A DNA stretch of 64,000 nucleotides. Source: Plasmodiophora brassicae (Eukaryota). The DNA is taken from NCBI GenBank assembly GCA_036867785.1, contig CP145413.1, positions 310,001 through 374,000 of the forward strand, in the 5' to 3' direction. Of this stretch, positions 37,986 to 49,300 are shown piece by piece (the first letter of the stretch is position 1; each line of letters begins with the position of its first letter). The position numbers and the translations under genes were made by a program. The notes under the pieces were generated by a model. It was not told the DNA's origin, made no database searches, and was given only the letters and a program-made list of their open reading frames with translations.

Positions 37986-40037
37986 ATGTCGAACGATGGC
38001 GACGATATCAGCAGCAGTAGCGGCAGTAGCGAATCGGAAGTGGTTGACGATCGTCCTCTGAAGAAGTCGAGGCCGGACGATGGCGATGAACAGCGATCGC
38101 CTCCTGGTGAAGTTGATGAGGGACCAAAGGTAGGCAGCGCGACCGGGATGCATTGTTATGTGTTGACACGCGCCCGCCGGTGGTGTAGGTTCCTGTCACT
38201 GTCGAGATGGCGCTGCGACGTCTGCCGTCTGCGTCGCGTTATGAGAAGTCGTTCTCGCACATCGATGTCGTGTTGCGCGTGATCTTCACGGCTACCGATT
38301 TCCTGATCACCGCCGACCGCATGGGCCAGATTAAATTCTGGAAGAAGACGTCGTCGGGAATGGAGTTTGTGAAACGATTTCAGGCGCATACTGGCGCCGT
38401 TACGGGCCTGGCGTCTTCGGTCAATGGCACATTGTGCGCATCGGTTTCTATCGACCGCACGATGAAGGTCTTCGACGTCGTCAACTTCGACATGATTCAC
38501 ATGGTGGGCCTGTCGTTCGTTCCATCCGCTGTAGCATTCGTATCTGGGCGGTCGTCCTTAAAGCAGTATGTCGCCGTTGCCAGCCGCGATACACCCGATA
38601 TCTCGATTCTGCATTCCGAAGGCACTGGCAAGCCGCTTCGCGTCCTTTCGCTGCACTGCGCACCCGTCATCCTGATCGAGTACAACCCTGCGTTCTCGTG
38701 TTCTATTAGTATCGACGAGAAGGGCGGCGTTGAAATCTGGGACTGTGAGAGCCTGCTGAACGATACCTCGGATGACGTATCGCCTCCAGTCCCCGCTGGC
38801 CTCGAATGGTCACTCAAGTCTGAGACGGACTTCTATGAGTTCCAAATCAAGAAGACGGTCCCGACGTCCGTTACGTTCAGTCGCGATGGCACTCAGGTCG
38901 CCTTTGTCGCTCAGGTGCCCCTTGTTGTTTCCCCGTGTATGTTCGCACGTCCGTTGACCATGCTTGCAGGATGAACGTATTCGAGTGTTTAACTTCGTCA
39001 CCGGTCGCATTATTCGAACGTGGGACGAGTCGCTGACGACGAAGGCGTCTAGTGACACGGCCCGCCTGATCGACACAATCGACTATGGCAAGCGGGCCGC
39101 TGTCGAGCGGGACATGATCAAAGCGCTGGCCGCCGACCCGTTTGCCATCGTGAACCCGCGCCCGTCATGCCAGTTTGACGAATCCGGCTCCCTGCTCTGT
39201 TACGCGACGATGCTCGGCATCGTTATGATGCACGTTCCGTCTGGTGCCGCCGTTCGAACCATTGGCAGCGGGGAGAACGCGCAGCGATTCACGTCAGTGG
39301 CCCTGTTCCAGGGCATTGCCCAGCGAACAGACCAGTCGGCGTCGGCGGCTCTGGCGGCGGTCGGCACGGTTGGCGAGAGCGCCATTGCCGAAGAACAAGA
39401 AGACCCGATGATTATCGCGCTCGGGTACAAGCAAGCCAGGTTCTATGTGTTCTCCTGCGCCGAACCTGAAGACTTTGCTCATCGCGACGTGCTGACCGAA
39501 CGCCCCAAGTCGCATGTGTCCAAACAAGTCACGACCGCCGGCGCCAACCTGCCACAATCGGCCGTCTTGCACACTACTCTCGGCGACGTTCACGTTAAGC
39601 TGTTCCCTACCGAATGCCCAAAGACGGTGGAGAACTTCACGACGCACGCCAGGAACGGCTACTACGATGGCGTGACGTTCCACCGTGTCATCAAGGGGTT
39701 CATGGTCCAGTCGGGGGATCCACAAGGTGACGGAACGGGTGGCGAATCCATCTGGGGCCACGAATTCGAAGACGAATTCCATCGTTCGCTCCGCCATGAC
39801 CGGCCGGGCACGCTGGCGTCTGCGAACGCGGGACCGAACACCAACGGGTCGCAGTTCTTCATCACGACGGTACCGTGCCCCTGGCTGGACAACAAGCACA
39901 CCGTGTTCGGGCGCGTTGTCAAGGGTATGGAGGTCGTGCACGCCATCGAGGACGTCCGCGTCGACAAGAAGACGTCGAAACCGCTGGACCCGATCTCGAT
40001 CGTCAACATCGACTGCTCGGCACAATCAGGAACATAA
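37986..40037 (+). CDS. PPWD1: WD40-cyclophilin peptidyl-prolyl isomerase
   Basis: [33 protein letters not shown], then [52 protein letters not shown]. Confidence 0.95.
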
Positions 40038-40121
40038 ACGGTTAACGTCGCGCACAGCACGCTATATTAGAGAAATATGCTGAAGGACAGCGCGTCTGAG
40101 GAACGAGTGCAACAGCACTTG

Positions 40122-41070
40122 CTACCCTCCGACCGGATGGATGGGGCGGAACGCAGACGAGCGGCCTTGTGGCGCGGGCGCCGGTGTCGGGGACGTCGGC
40201 GGCGGCCGCGCCACGTACTTGTTGAGCGCTTCGGTCAGCTTGAATTCGATGCCGCGCGTGCGACACTCCAGCACGTAGACGACGTCGTCCTCGATGAGCC
40301 GGGCGCACTTGTACACGAACTTGTCAATGACCCGCTGCATGACGACGTCGGGGCAGTGCTCGGTGAATCGCCGACGGAACTGTGCGAGACACAGCAAGTC
40401 AGTGTCGAGGCAGACACATAACACTCGGGGCAGGTTCGTTCGAGAAAAATCGCAAATTCTAAAAATAGAACCAGTGCCAAGCAACGTCCAGGGCAGTGTC
40501 GCAAAGGTGGGGCGGGGCCGCACGTACCGTTCGCATGAAGCGATAGAGCTGGACCTGGCGGGCCAGGACCATCCGCGGGAACTCGTCGCTCATCTTGCGG
40601 TCGAAATCGCTGAGCATGCGGTAGAATTCGTCTTTGAGGTTCGGGATGACGTCGAGCTCGTCGCCGACGTCGACGCGGTAGCATTCATCGACGAGGGCCC
40701 AGCGCTCGTCGGATGTCAGCGGCTTACAGTCGGCGAGTCGCTGCTGGAACGCGTTCAGCTCCTCGAGATCCGTCGTCGCCGGCACAGTCGCGCCGCATGG
40801 CGATACAGTCCGTTCGTAGTCGGAGCTGTCGTCGCTGTCTTCGTCGGTCGACGACACGACGGTCTCATACGGGGACGTCGTCGCCGTTGTATATTTGGTA
40901 CCTCGGCGGAGGTCCTCCTGACGGCGGGCGATCTCCTCCTCGCATTCCGCCTTCCGGAGGTTCAGGCGTTCAAGCTCGGCGCGCAGAGCGCGCAGCGACG
41001 TATCCTGCTCCACGGGGTCGACGTGCGGCGATACCCCCGGCGCGGCGCTGCCCAGCGGCGCTGTCGTCAT
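40122..41070 (-). CDS. Hypothetical protein with N-terminal coiled coil
   Basis: ORFs 40459-41319 and 40122-40523 are plausibly joined by an intron; GC3-rich codons; no domain recognised. Confidence 0.55.
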
Positions 41071-41453
41071 TCCTCCCGTGCACGCGAACAACGACCAGTA
41101 TCGGTGTGTGCCCGCCTTCAGCTGCTCTCGGCGTTTTCGGCGAACTCCGCGCAAACTGCGCAGCGCACGCTGCTTGGCTGGGCCTATTCGTGAATCCCGC
41201 AATCGGCGAGCAAGCCCACGGCGGACGACAGTGGCACCGAGTCCGTGAGGGAACTGCGCGACCGGCGCTGCCCGCGACGGCCAACGCGGCGAACATGCGC
41301 GCCGCAGTCGGCACGGCACCGGTGGAGCTGTCCGCGTGCGGTGCGCCGCAATTAGGCGCCCCCGCTCCCGAGATGCACATACCTACATAGATACCCGCCT
41401 TGTGCCTGCACATGATACACGCCGACGGCGTCTCGTGGATACGTACGGCACCC

Positions 41454-42301
41454 ATGCGCGCCACCACCACGCACCCAGTGGCAAAATTGTCGAAGCCACG
41501 TCGCAGAAGTCGTGCGGCTCGCAGTGCCGTCATGTCGAACGACGCGTTGCGCCGGGCGTATCGCAAGGTGAAGGTGGTCCCGCGGTGCGATCTTACCACG
41601 CTGGAGGTTGGCGCGATTGTCAATGCTAGCAATCCGGGACTGCGACGAGGAGGTGGTGTCTGCGGCGCCATCTTCGAGGCGGCGGGGTCGGTGAACCTCC
41701 AGAGGGCATGCGACGCCGTGTCCCCGTGCCCTGTTGGCGAAGCAAGAATCACTCCCGGTGGGGTCCGTTACAACATGGTTCCCGTTGTGCGAATTCTCAA
41801 CCGGAAGTGTGCCTGCCGCAGGATTCGCTCTTCCAGCACAATACGTTATCCACACCGTGGGACCGTGCGTACATGGGGCCCCGAACGTAGACGATGCCCG
41901 TCTGCTCGGCAGCTGCTATCGGAGCGCACTGGACCTGGCCAAGGCCAACGGCATTCGGGCAGTCGCATTCCCGTGTATCTCCACCGGCATCTACGGATAC
42001 CCAAAGCGAAAGGTCGGAACATACCCGGTGACTAGGTCACGCCAGATTGGTTCCTGGTTGACGACTGTCGCAGGCCGCTGTCGTCGCACTAGAGGCTGTG
42101 CGAGATTGGCTACTGCGGGACGGAAACAGCGACTCGATGGACGAAATCGTGCTGTCGACATTCCAGCGAGAGGACTCGGACATGTGACGCCATACGTTAT
42201 GTTTGTCTGGGCACACCGGGTCAGGGAGCTGAGTGCGTGTTGCTAGATACAGCGAGCTCGTTCTCGTCGTTTTTCAAGCAGATCACGGACGCATCGAATG
42301 A
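41454..42301 (+). CDS. MacroD-type macrodomain ADP-ribose hydrolase
   Basis: DLTTLEVGAIVNASNPGLRRGGGVCGAIFEAAG, GFALPAQYVIHTVGP, LGSCYRSAL, AFPCISTGIYGYP; alternative start at 41532. Confidence 0.9.
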
Positions 42302-42802
42302 AACACCAGTCACTACGTCTTGTGTCCGCACCGTGTTCCAGATCGGGCTTGAACGATAACAGGCGTAATGTGGTCTCCTCAGAAGTATTCTTACGTCTCC
42401 ATAGACGTCGGTAAAAGCGTCCGACCTCGAAACTAAAGGCTGCGTCCCCACGAAAGAATGAACCTGCGTCGGAACACGTGAAGGCCGAGCAGAATGCTTT
42501 CGTCAGGACGAATGACACCGTCCTGTGGAAACACAGTTCGGGCACGCGGTGGCGCTCTCCTCAGACATACATATCTGGCTGTGACGATATGCGGGCAATC
42601 GACCTCTCTAACCTGACCTGTGCTTGTCAATTCCTTATGCACCTTTACTGCGTTGTCTGGGACCTACATAGGCGTGCCTGCGCTGCCATCAGCAGGGGCA
42701 GCAAGCAATCCCGACGCAGGATGAGTCTTCCACTTCAATGGTTGCAGCAATGTAAAGCCGGGCAGCACCTGCAGCAAAAGGGCGGGCAGACGCACAAAAG
42801 CA

Positions 42803-42874
42803 TTTCGGTACCGGGAATCGAACCCGGGTCTCGGCGGTGAAAGCGCCGTATTCTGACCCCTGAACTATACCGAA
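42803..42874 (-). tRNA. trnE: tRNA-Glu (TTC)
   Basis: Cloverleaf: acceptor TTCGGTA/TACCGAA, anticodon arm CGGCG-CT-TTC-AC-CGCCG, T-arm CCGGG-TTCGATT-CCCGG; TTTT tract just downstream. Confidence 0.95.
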
Positions 42875-43110
42875 CACGCGTTATTTTAAGACTGCAACTA
42901 CAGCTACAAATAGATAGTCCTGCTGACTGCCTAGACCACGCTGTCGCAGACAACCTGACGGAGATGGTCCGATGGGAGCCTGGCGCTGACGCTGGACGTG
43001 CCGACTGGGCATTCCTGCGGCGGAACAATGAGCAAATCCGGTTATTACTTTGGGTCCATATCGGGCGGTGGAGGTGGTGTGGCGCCGCCGGGGCAGTGCG
43101 TGTCCTGACA

Positions 43111-43895
43111 ATGCTGCAGCATCTGCGCGGTGTCCTCCTGTTGGGGTGCCGGCAACCTTGGCGCCTAGCCCTGCAGCGCCTCTGCTCAACGACAGCATCG
43201 CCGTCGGACAAACGACGGGAACTTCTCTACAGTGGACTCGAGGATGACGACGAGGCGGACGGCGACGACGACGTCGACGCCTCGTCCGTCCTGCAGGAGG
43301 AGACCATGGACGTTGATGGCGTCAAGCTCGATGATGAGACCGTCCAGTATATGCTCGACTCCAGTACGCTCATTCGATGTGCCGTTCTCTCACGGAAGGA
43401 ACTGACGTGCTGCGTGGGCAGTCGGTCAGGCCAGCGACGAAGACAAGGACCAGATTCAGCGTTTGGCCAGCGAGTCTTTCAACGAGGCCGACCTCGACGA
43501 GAATGACGACATCACCAAGAAGGAGTCGTTCAACGCTGTACGTCTAATTCGTCGTGCGCGGCGTCGCCCGCTGCTGACATATTCTTGCTGCTCAGTTTAG
43601 GAAAGGCGTCGAAGATTATGTCCTGACGATGGTGGACAAGACGGCGCAGGACATGATGAAGTACCTTATCGAGCTATACGAGGAGAACCGCCCAGAGTTC
43701 CAGCCGTCGAACAACCCCGACTTTCAGGAGTTCCCCGCGTACGACATCATCATGGACGCCTGCGAAGACGAACGCATGGCCGAGGAGGTCGCTGGCCGCT
43801 TCAAGGTCTGGGTGGCGCAGCGCGAGGCGGTGCCGGCGCTTCCGCCCGGGTCCTCCCCTAAGTCGTTGCCGTCGTCATCGGCGCGTAATGAGTAA
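43111..43895 (+). CDS. Putative mitochondrial acidic protein with one EF-hand
   Basis: Arg/Leu-rich presequence-like N-terminus MLQHLRGVLLLGCRQPWRLALQRLCST; FNEADLDENDDITKKE EF-hand loop in exon 2; two introns. Confidence 0.55.
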
Positions 43896-43916
43896 AGGGA
43901 CATGCCCCTCTGTGTA

Positions 43917-45998
43917 CTATCCGTCCGTCTTGGACCAGTTCCTGGGCTCCATGCGCTGGTCCCAGCGCTTGTGCGATGCCGGCGACAGGTCCAGGGTCGC
44001 GTTCCTGGCGGCGAGATGCGGTTTCCGGTTGCGCTGCGCGAACGATTCCTTCGGCTCAGTCGTCGTCGTCGTCGCCAGTTGCGCCTTTGGCGTCGTCCGT
44101 CCTCGCCCAGCGGCGACCACGATGGTCAACTTTCTGGCGATCCGCATGGAGCGCGTCGCGATGCCCGCCTCGAACTCGTCGACCTCGACCTGGTCGCCAA
44201 CGCGAACGTCCAGGTCGGAATCGAGGAGGACCTCGAACAGTTCGCTGGGGGCGTGCTGCGTCGCGTCGACCTTGACAACGACCTGGTCCTGCACCTTCTC
44301 CGACACGATCCCGAGCTTGGGCGCCAGGCGAATGTTCGCGGCACGAAGGAACTTGGGCGCCGGCGCCATCGCCAGCGACACCGTGTCGCCGACGCGAATC
44401 GGGCTGCTCTCCGTCTCCAGGTCGGCGATCACGAAGCGCACGACATCATCGTCGGGGGGCGCGTCCGCCGCTTTGACCGCCGAGGACGACGGGCGAATGA
44501 TCTGGATGGTCCCGTACACGATGGTGCCGTCGTGGCCGCTGGGCCCACTGACGACACGACGCATGTCGACCGGTGGCGCCATCGACGATGCCGACTGGAA
44601 CACGATCGACGGCTTCTCGGTGATGACGCCGAGGACGCGATCGTCCCGGAGCTTGACGGCGCCTTTCGGCAGCAACGTGATGCGGATGGCGTTGTCCTGG
44701 CCGCGGTTGTCGGGCGCGACGTTGAACTCGAGCTCGTCGCCGACGGCGGGGACGTGCGCTTTCTCGATGAACTCGTTCAGGTGGACGAACATCTGGTCGC
44801 GCTTCCCGTCGCACTTCAGGAACCCGTACACGTCCTTCCAGATGGTCAGGATGCCACGGCGGCGGCCCAGCGCGGCACACTTGACCAGGAAGATGTCGGT
44901 GGCGCTGAACGACCCGGTGCGCCGGTCCAGCTTCAACCGGAACCCGACCTGGTCGCCCTGGAACAGCTTGATGCCCGGGAACTTCAGGTCGGCGCCCGTG
45001 AACGGCAGGTGGATATCGACGCCGAACGGCAACGACACGTCGTCAATGTGCTCCAGGCGGCGGCGCTCCTTGCCAGGTAGCACCAGCTGCCCGTGATCGT
45101 TACTGGAGGGTCGTGCGCGACGTCGTGTCTTCTGCGACCCCGCCTGCGTGTTCTCGACGCCGACGGCGATGACGCCAAAGATGACCGACGACTGGATCGA
45201 GCAGAACGAGACCGTCCCTTGTGGGAGAATCCGCACGCGACTCGCAATGATCCGACCCTGGCCAGTGGAGACCAGCGCGAACTCGACTTCGGTGCCGGGC
45301 GCGATGACGACGTCCTCGTTGGCGTCGTTGATGACCTCGGTGAAGTGGAAGAAGACTTGCTTGTGGTCGCGCTCGGCACACTTGATGAACCCGTAGTTCT
45401 GCTTGGCGCTGACGACGACGCCCGTCTCGCGTCGCGCCGGTTGCACCTCCTTCACCGGCTGCGCATCGTAGTCCAGACGGTAGGCGTCCCTCGGGGACGG
45501 GCTGACGATGGGGTGCGCCGAGCGCGCCACGACGCGAACCTGGACGGCCTTCTCCTTGCCGGTGGGTTCGTCGCGAACGCGGTAGAATGTGACACGGTCG
45601 CCGATGATGACAGCGGGGTGGTCGGACGGGACCGGTGGCAGAGACGCGATCGAGTCCTGGTCGATGGCGCTGTAGTGGAAGAAGATGCGGTCGCCCGTTT
45701 CATCGCAACGCACGAACCCGTACGCGTGCTTCAGGTTATGGACAACGCCATGCCGAAGCGGGCCTAGGTCCTGTACGCGTTCCTCGGACGATTCGTGAGC
45801 GGCGGGTGCTGGTGTCGGTGTCGCCACAGCGATTGACGACATCGTCATCTGGGTAACTGGCACCTGTCGCTCCAGGCTGACTAGCTGCGGCGCCGGCTTG
45901 ACAGCCGTCGCCTTCTTATCGTCGTGTTCATCGCGTTTGGTCGGGATGACCTTGTCGAGGTCGTGTTGCATTGCCTGGTGTGCCGAGTGCGGCATCAT
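43917..45998 (-). CDS. CSDE1: Multi cold-shock-domain RNA-binding protein (CSDE1/UNR-like)
   Basis: Repeated CSD motifs: YGFVRC..IFFHYS, YGFIKCAERD..VFFHFTE, YGFLKC..MFVHLNE, and LLPKGAV linkers; long single exon. Confidence 0.85.
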   Translation of the reverse strand: MMPHSAHQAMQHDLDKVIPTKRDEHDDKKATAVKPAPQLVSLERQVPVTQMTMSSIAVATPTPAPAAHESSEERVQDLGPLRHGVVHNLKHAYGFVRCDETGDRIFFHYSAIDQDSIASLPPVPSDHPAVIIGDRVTFYRVRDEPTGKEKAVQVRVVARSAHPIVSPSPRDAYRLDYDAQPVKEVQPARRETGVVVSAKQNYGFIKCAERDHKQVFFHFTEVINDANEDVVIAPGTEVEFALVSTGQGRIIASRVRILPQGTVSFCSIQSSVIFGVIAVGVENTQAGSQKTRRRARPSSNDHGQLVLPGKERRRLEHIDDVSLPFGVDIHLPFTGADLKFPGIKLFQGDQVGFRLKLDRRTGSFSATDIFLVKCAALGRRRGILTIWKDVYGFLKCDGKRDQMFVHLNEFIEKAHVPAVGDELEFNVAPDNRGQDNAIRITLLPKGAVKLRDDRVLGVITEKPSIVFQSASSMAPPVDMRRVVSGPSGHDGTIVYGTIQIIRPSSSAVKAADAPPDDDVVRFVIADLETESSPIRVGDTVSLAMAPAPKFLRAANIRLAPKLGIVSEKVQDQVVVKVDATQHAPSELFEVLLDSDLDVRVGDQVEVDEFEAGIATRSMRIARKLTIVVAAGRGRTTPKAQLATTTTTEPKESFAQRNRKPHLAARNATLDLSPASHKRWDQRMEPRNWSKTDG

Positions 45999-46375
45999 GC
46001 GTTCGAGGGGCCCGCCAAGATGCTGGAACCGGGCCGTTCGGGTTGGACGAGCACAAGGTGGACAACGAGAATGGCCATGGTCGTGCCCCCAGCATGACGT
46101 CATATCGATGGGGCGCGTGCCCTGCCCACGATCCCACGCTGACGTTCCTGGGAGCGGGACTTGGAAATCTTTCCGGTTCTGTGCAGGTGGAGGTTAGATC
46201 GTGGACTGGGATGCCTGATACGCAAGGGGCAATGTGGTATGCATAAAACAGTGGTGTCAAGCAACAGGGGTGACTGGACATTCGCCCTGGCAACATCATT
46301 GTTGAGTGCAGCCGTTGCTTCCCGTCAGAGGGGAGGCGCGCCCGGGAAGGGAACGGCGGCGTTTGGTCGCCAGCA

Positions 46376-49300
46376 ATGCACAAGCGGCATCGTCACTACC
46401 GGCAATCGAAGGTTTCCAAGGATAGCAGCGAGACAGACGGGGACGGCGATGAAGACGAGAAGGCGTCCGGGTCGCCATGTCATGACCTGCGGCGTCTGAT
46501 CCGCGAGAAGGAGCGCGAACTCCACGAAATCAACGAGTTCCGGTCGAAGAGTCTCGAATCGTTGGCCGCGGCGAAGGCCACCGAAGTCGAGGAGCTCAAG
46601 GCTCGTCAGGCTCAGATCCGGAACGATTTCAACTACAACCTGAAACTGCTCGAGGAGCGCGATGCAGAGCTCGAGCGGTACGACCGCCTGTTCAGGAAGA
46701 TGTCGACTAACCTTGCCGACCGCGACGAAGAGATTGAAAGGCTAAAGGTTATTGCCAACCTGTCCCGTCTGAATCCTGACTAACACTGCTGTGCAGGTGA
46801 TTGTCAACGACCAGGCGGCATCGATAGCGTCGTTTCAGGATCAGGTCAAAGCGCAACGAGACGCGTCCAGACGGCAGGTTGGACGCCGTCAACCGCCACG
46901 GAACCGTTTGACATTGCTGATAGCGGACAACAGTTGATGGAGAGCGAGACAGCACTGACCACGCTTAAGGCCGATCATGAGTCTGCGCTGGCAACCCAGT
47001 CGGAATCTTTCGCTGCCATCAAGAAGGACCTGATGGCCCGCGTTGCTTCTGCGGAAGCCTCCGCCGATAAGCGTATCAGCGCAGTCGTCGAGGAGCACCA
47101 GCAGGTAAACGTGCCGGTTTCCATAGTTTTACGCGATCAACGCGCGCTGCTAGGCTCTCGAACGTATGGCACGACAACATGACGTTGAAATTGCTGAAGC
47201 GAAACGACTTTTCTCGCAATACCAAAAGGAGCAAGAGGTTGACCATGCAGACCGTGTGTTTGCATTGGAACGTGCTTCTGACGTTGACCTGCTTCAGGCA
47301 AAGCTACAGGATCTGCAGTCCAGCCTGGCAACAGAGAAGGCAAATGGTGAGGCATCGCCTGGATATGATTAGCTCCATGGCTGACAGGAACGGCAACAGC
47401 CGAGGGTGTATCGATCCTGGCTCAGTCAGCTCTTGCCGAGAAGGACGCAGCGCTGAAGCTCGTCGAGGCTGAAAACGCTCAGCTCGTGAAACTGAAGCAT
47501 GACCTGTTGCAGCAGTACGAGGAGAAAGTCGGATCCGTGCTGAACAGCCTTCACGCTCTGGAAGTACAGTTCGCTGAGCAGAGGCTCAAGCATGAGGAAG
47601 AGCTCAGACAGGCTCACGCCGAACGAGAAACGGACGTCGTGGCAAGAACGAGTCAACTCCAGGCGCAGCTCGACGCGTCTCATTCCGATGCGACACGGCT
47701 TCAAGCAAGCCTTCACGAAGCGAACCGAGCTCTTCAAGAGACGCGAGCGGCTCTAGACGAGGAGCGGAAGGTGTCGCTGGCAAGGCAGCAGGCTCTGACG
47801 GAATGCGAGACTGACAATCGCGTTCTCGTCGAACGGTGCAACACGTTGCGCCAGATCATCGATGAGCGCAATGACCACGTTGCCGTTCTGAAGGACCTTG
47901 TCAGGCACACCATTGAAGAGGTGGGCCACACCATCGATAGCATGGGAGGCAAGTCTCATCGTGAACCACAGATGAAAACGGAGCAAGAAAGGGCACGCGA
48001 AGCTCAGCGTGCGTCAGACCTTGGACTCCACGATAAGGTGGCGCAAGCACAGGAGCGAACGGAACAGGTTATCCAGTCGTTGATTGCTGCGCGCCCAACG
48101 GGTGCCAGCGTGGCCGGTCAAGCGGAGAACCTGGGAGAACTGCAGAGCGGGTAGGAGCGCCTGGTTTGGTGACGCTCGGGGCCCTTTTCTCAATCTGTGG
48201 ATCATCAGCCTTCTGTCGATCAAAAAGGACCTGCGAACTCGCTCCATGGCGGGCTCCGACGGCGGGTCATCATCATCGAGGCGACCGTCGCTAGGTCAAC
48301 TACCACGAGCAGAACAGGTCAGCCGAAATCCCGAGTGAGGACCGAACGTACCTTAGAACATGCGGTAGGTGCTGGCAACGATACCAGACATGCCGGCGAT
48401 CCCTGAAATGTCATTGCGAACCCGACGCCAATCGTCAACCGTGCTGCACCCGATGGACGTCAAAATTCTTCAGTCGCCACAGAATTTGGTTGTTGATCAC
48501 CAGGCCAGCGATAACCAAGGCCCGCTTCACACTATCGACGACATCGATTGTGACGATGGCGGATCCCAGGTACACGTAAAACAATGAGACGCATGCGGTC
48601 AACTGACGAAACGCTCTGCCAGTCCAACGGGTCTTCGTCGGGCACTCAGGTGAGGTGCTCTTTTACATCCTTGCAGCCACATGATGACGAAATATGTGTG
48701 AATTCGCAGTCGTCAGCCAAGTCGTATCGACGGTCGCTGAACTCGACGCTTCGCGGCGGCGGTGTCGGTTCGTCGCCAAACGGCTTCCAAACCATGGACA
48801 CTGTTATCGAGGGTGCTTCCGACGACGATGAGGCACAACAGCGGACAAACTCACAATCAGGGTCTCGACGAGCATCTCAGAGCATGCCGATGGAATCATT
48901 CTCTGAGATGGTCGAGAGCGACGGCGCTGACGGCGAACATCGCGAATCGGTCATCGTGGAACCGCCCAGACATCCACAACATAGCCGGAGCATGTCGTCC
49001 GCTAACCAGTACCATGAGATCACCCAAGCCCACGCGCCTGGGAGCCGGTCGGCTGGCCACAGTCGAGCAGTTAGCGTCTCCCTCACGAGGACCTTGTCGA
49101 CAACAACGGATGATGATGGGTATATGTCAGTGATGTCGGATCGCACACTTGGGGCGACAGAACCGGCAGACTGGAGGTCAGACCATGCCAGACTCGAATC
49201 CGTTATCATCGGCGATGATGTTCAGACGGACGCGCCTGTTGCCGAGGTGGTCATCGAGCACCACACATCGCATCGTCGTGGGCCGTCTTCGATTGACGGC

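Noticed and set aside
42310-42800. Short ORFs on both strands next to the tRNA
   Set aside because: No domain or clear gene structure; left unannotated.
43888-45096. Long plus-strand ORFs antisense to CSDE1 (similar cases at 13678-14907, 28524-29594, 56247-57781)
   Set aside because: Expected shadow ORFs of GC-rich coding sequence; no domain signal.
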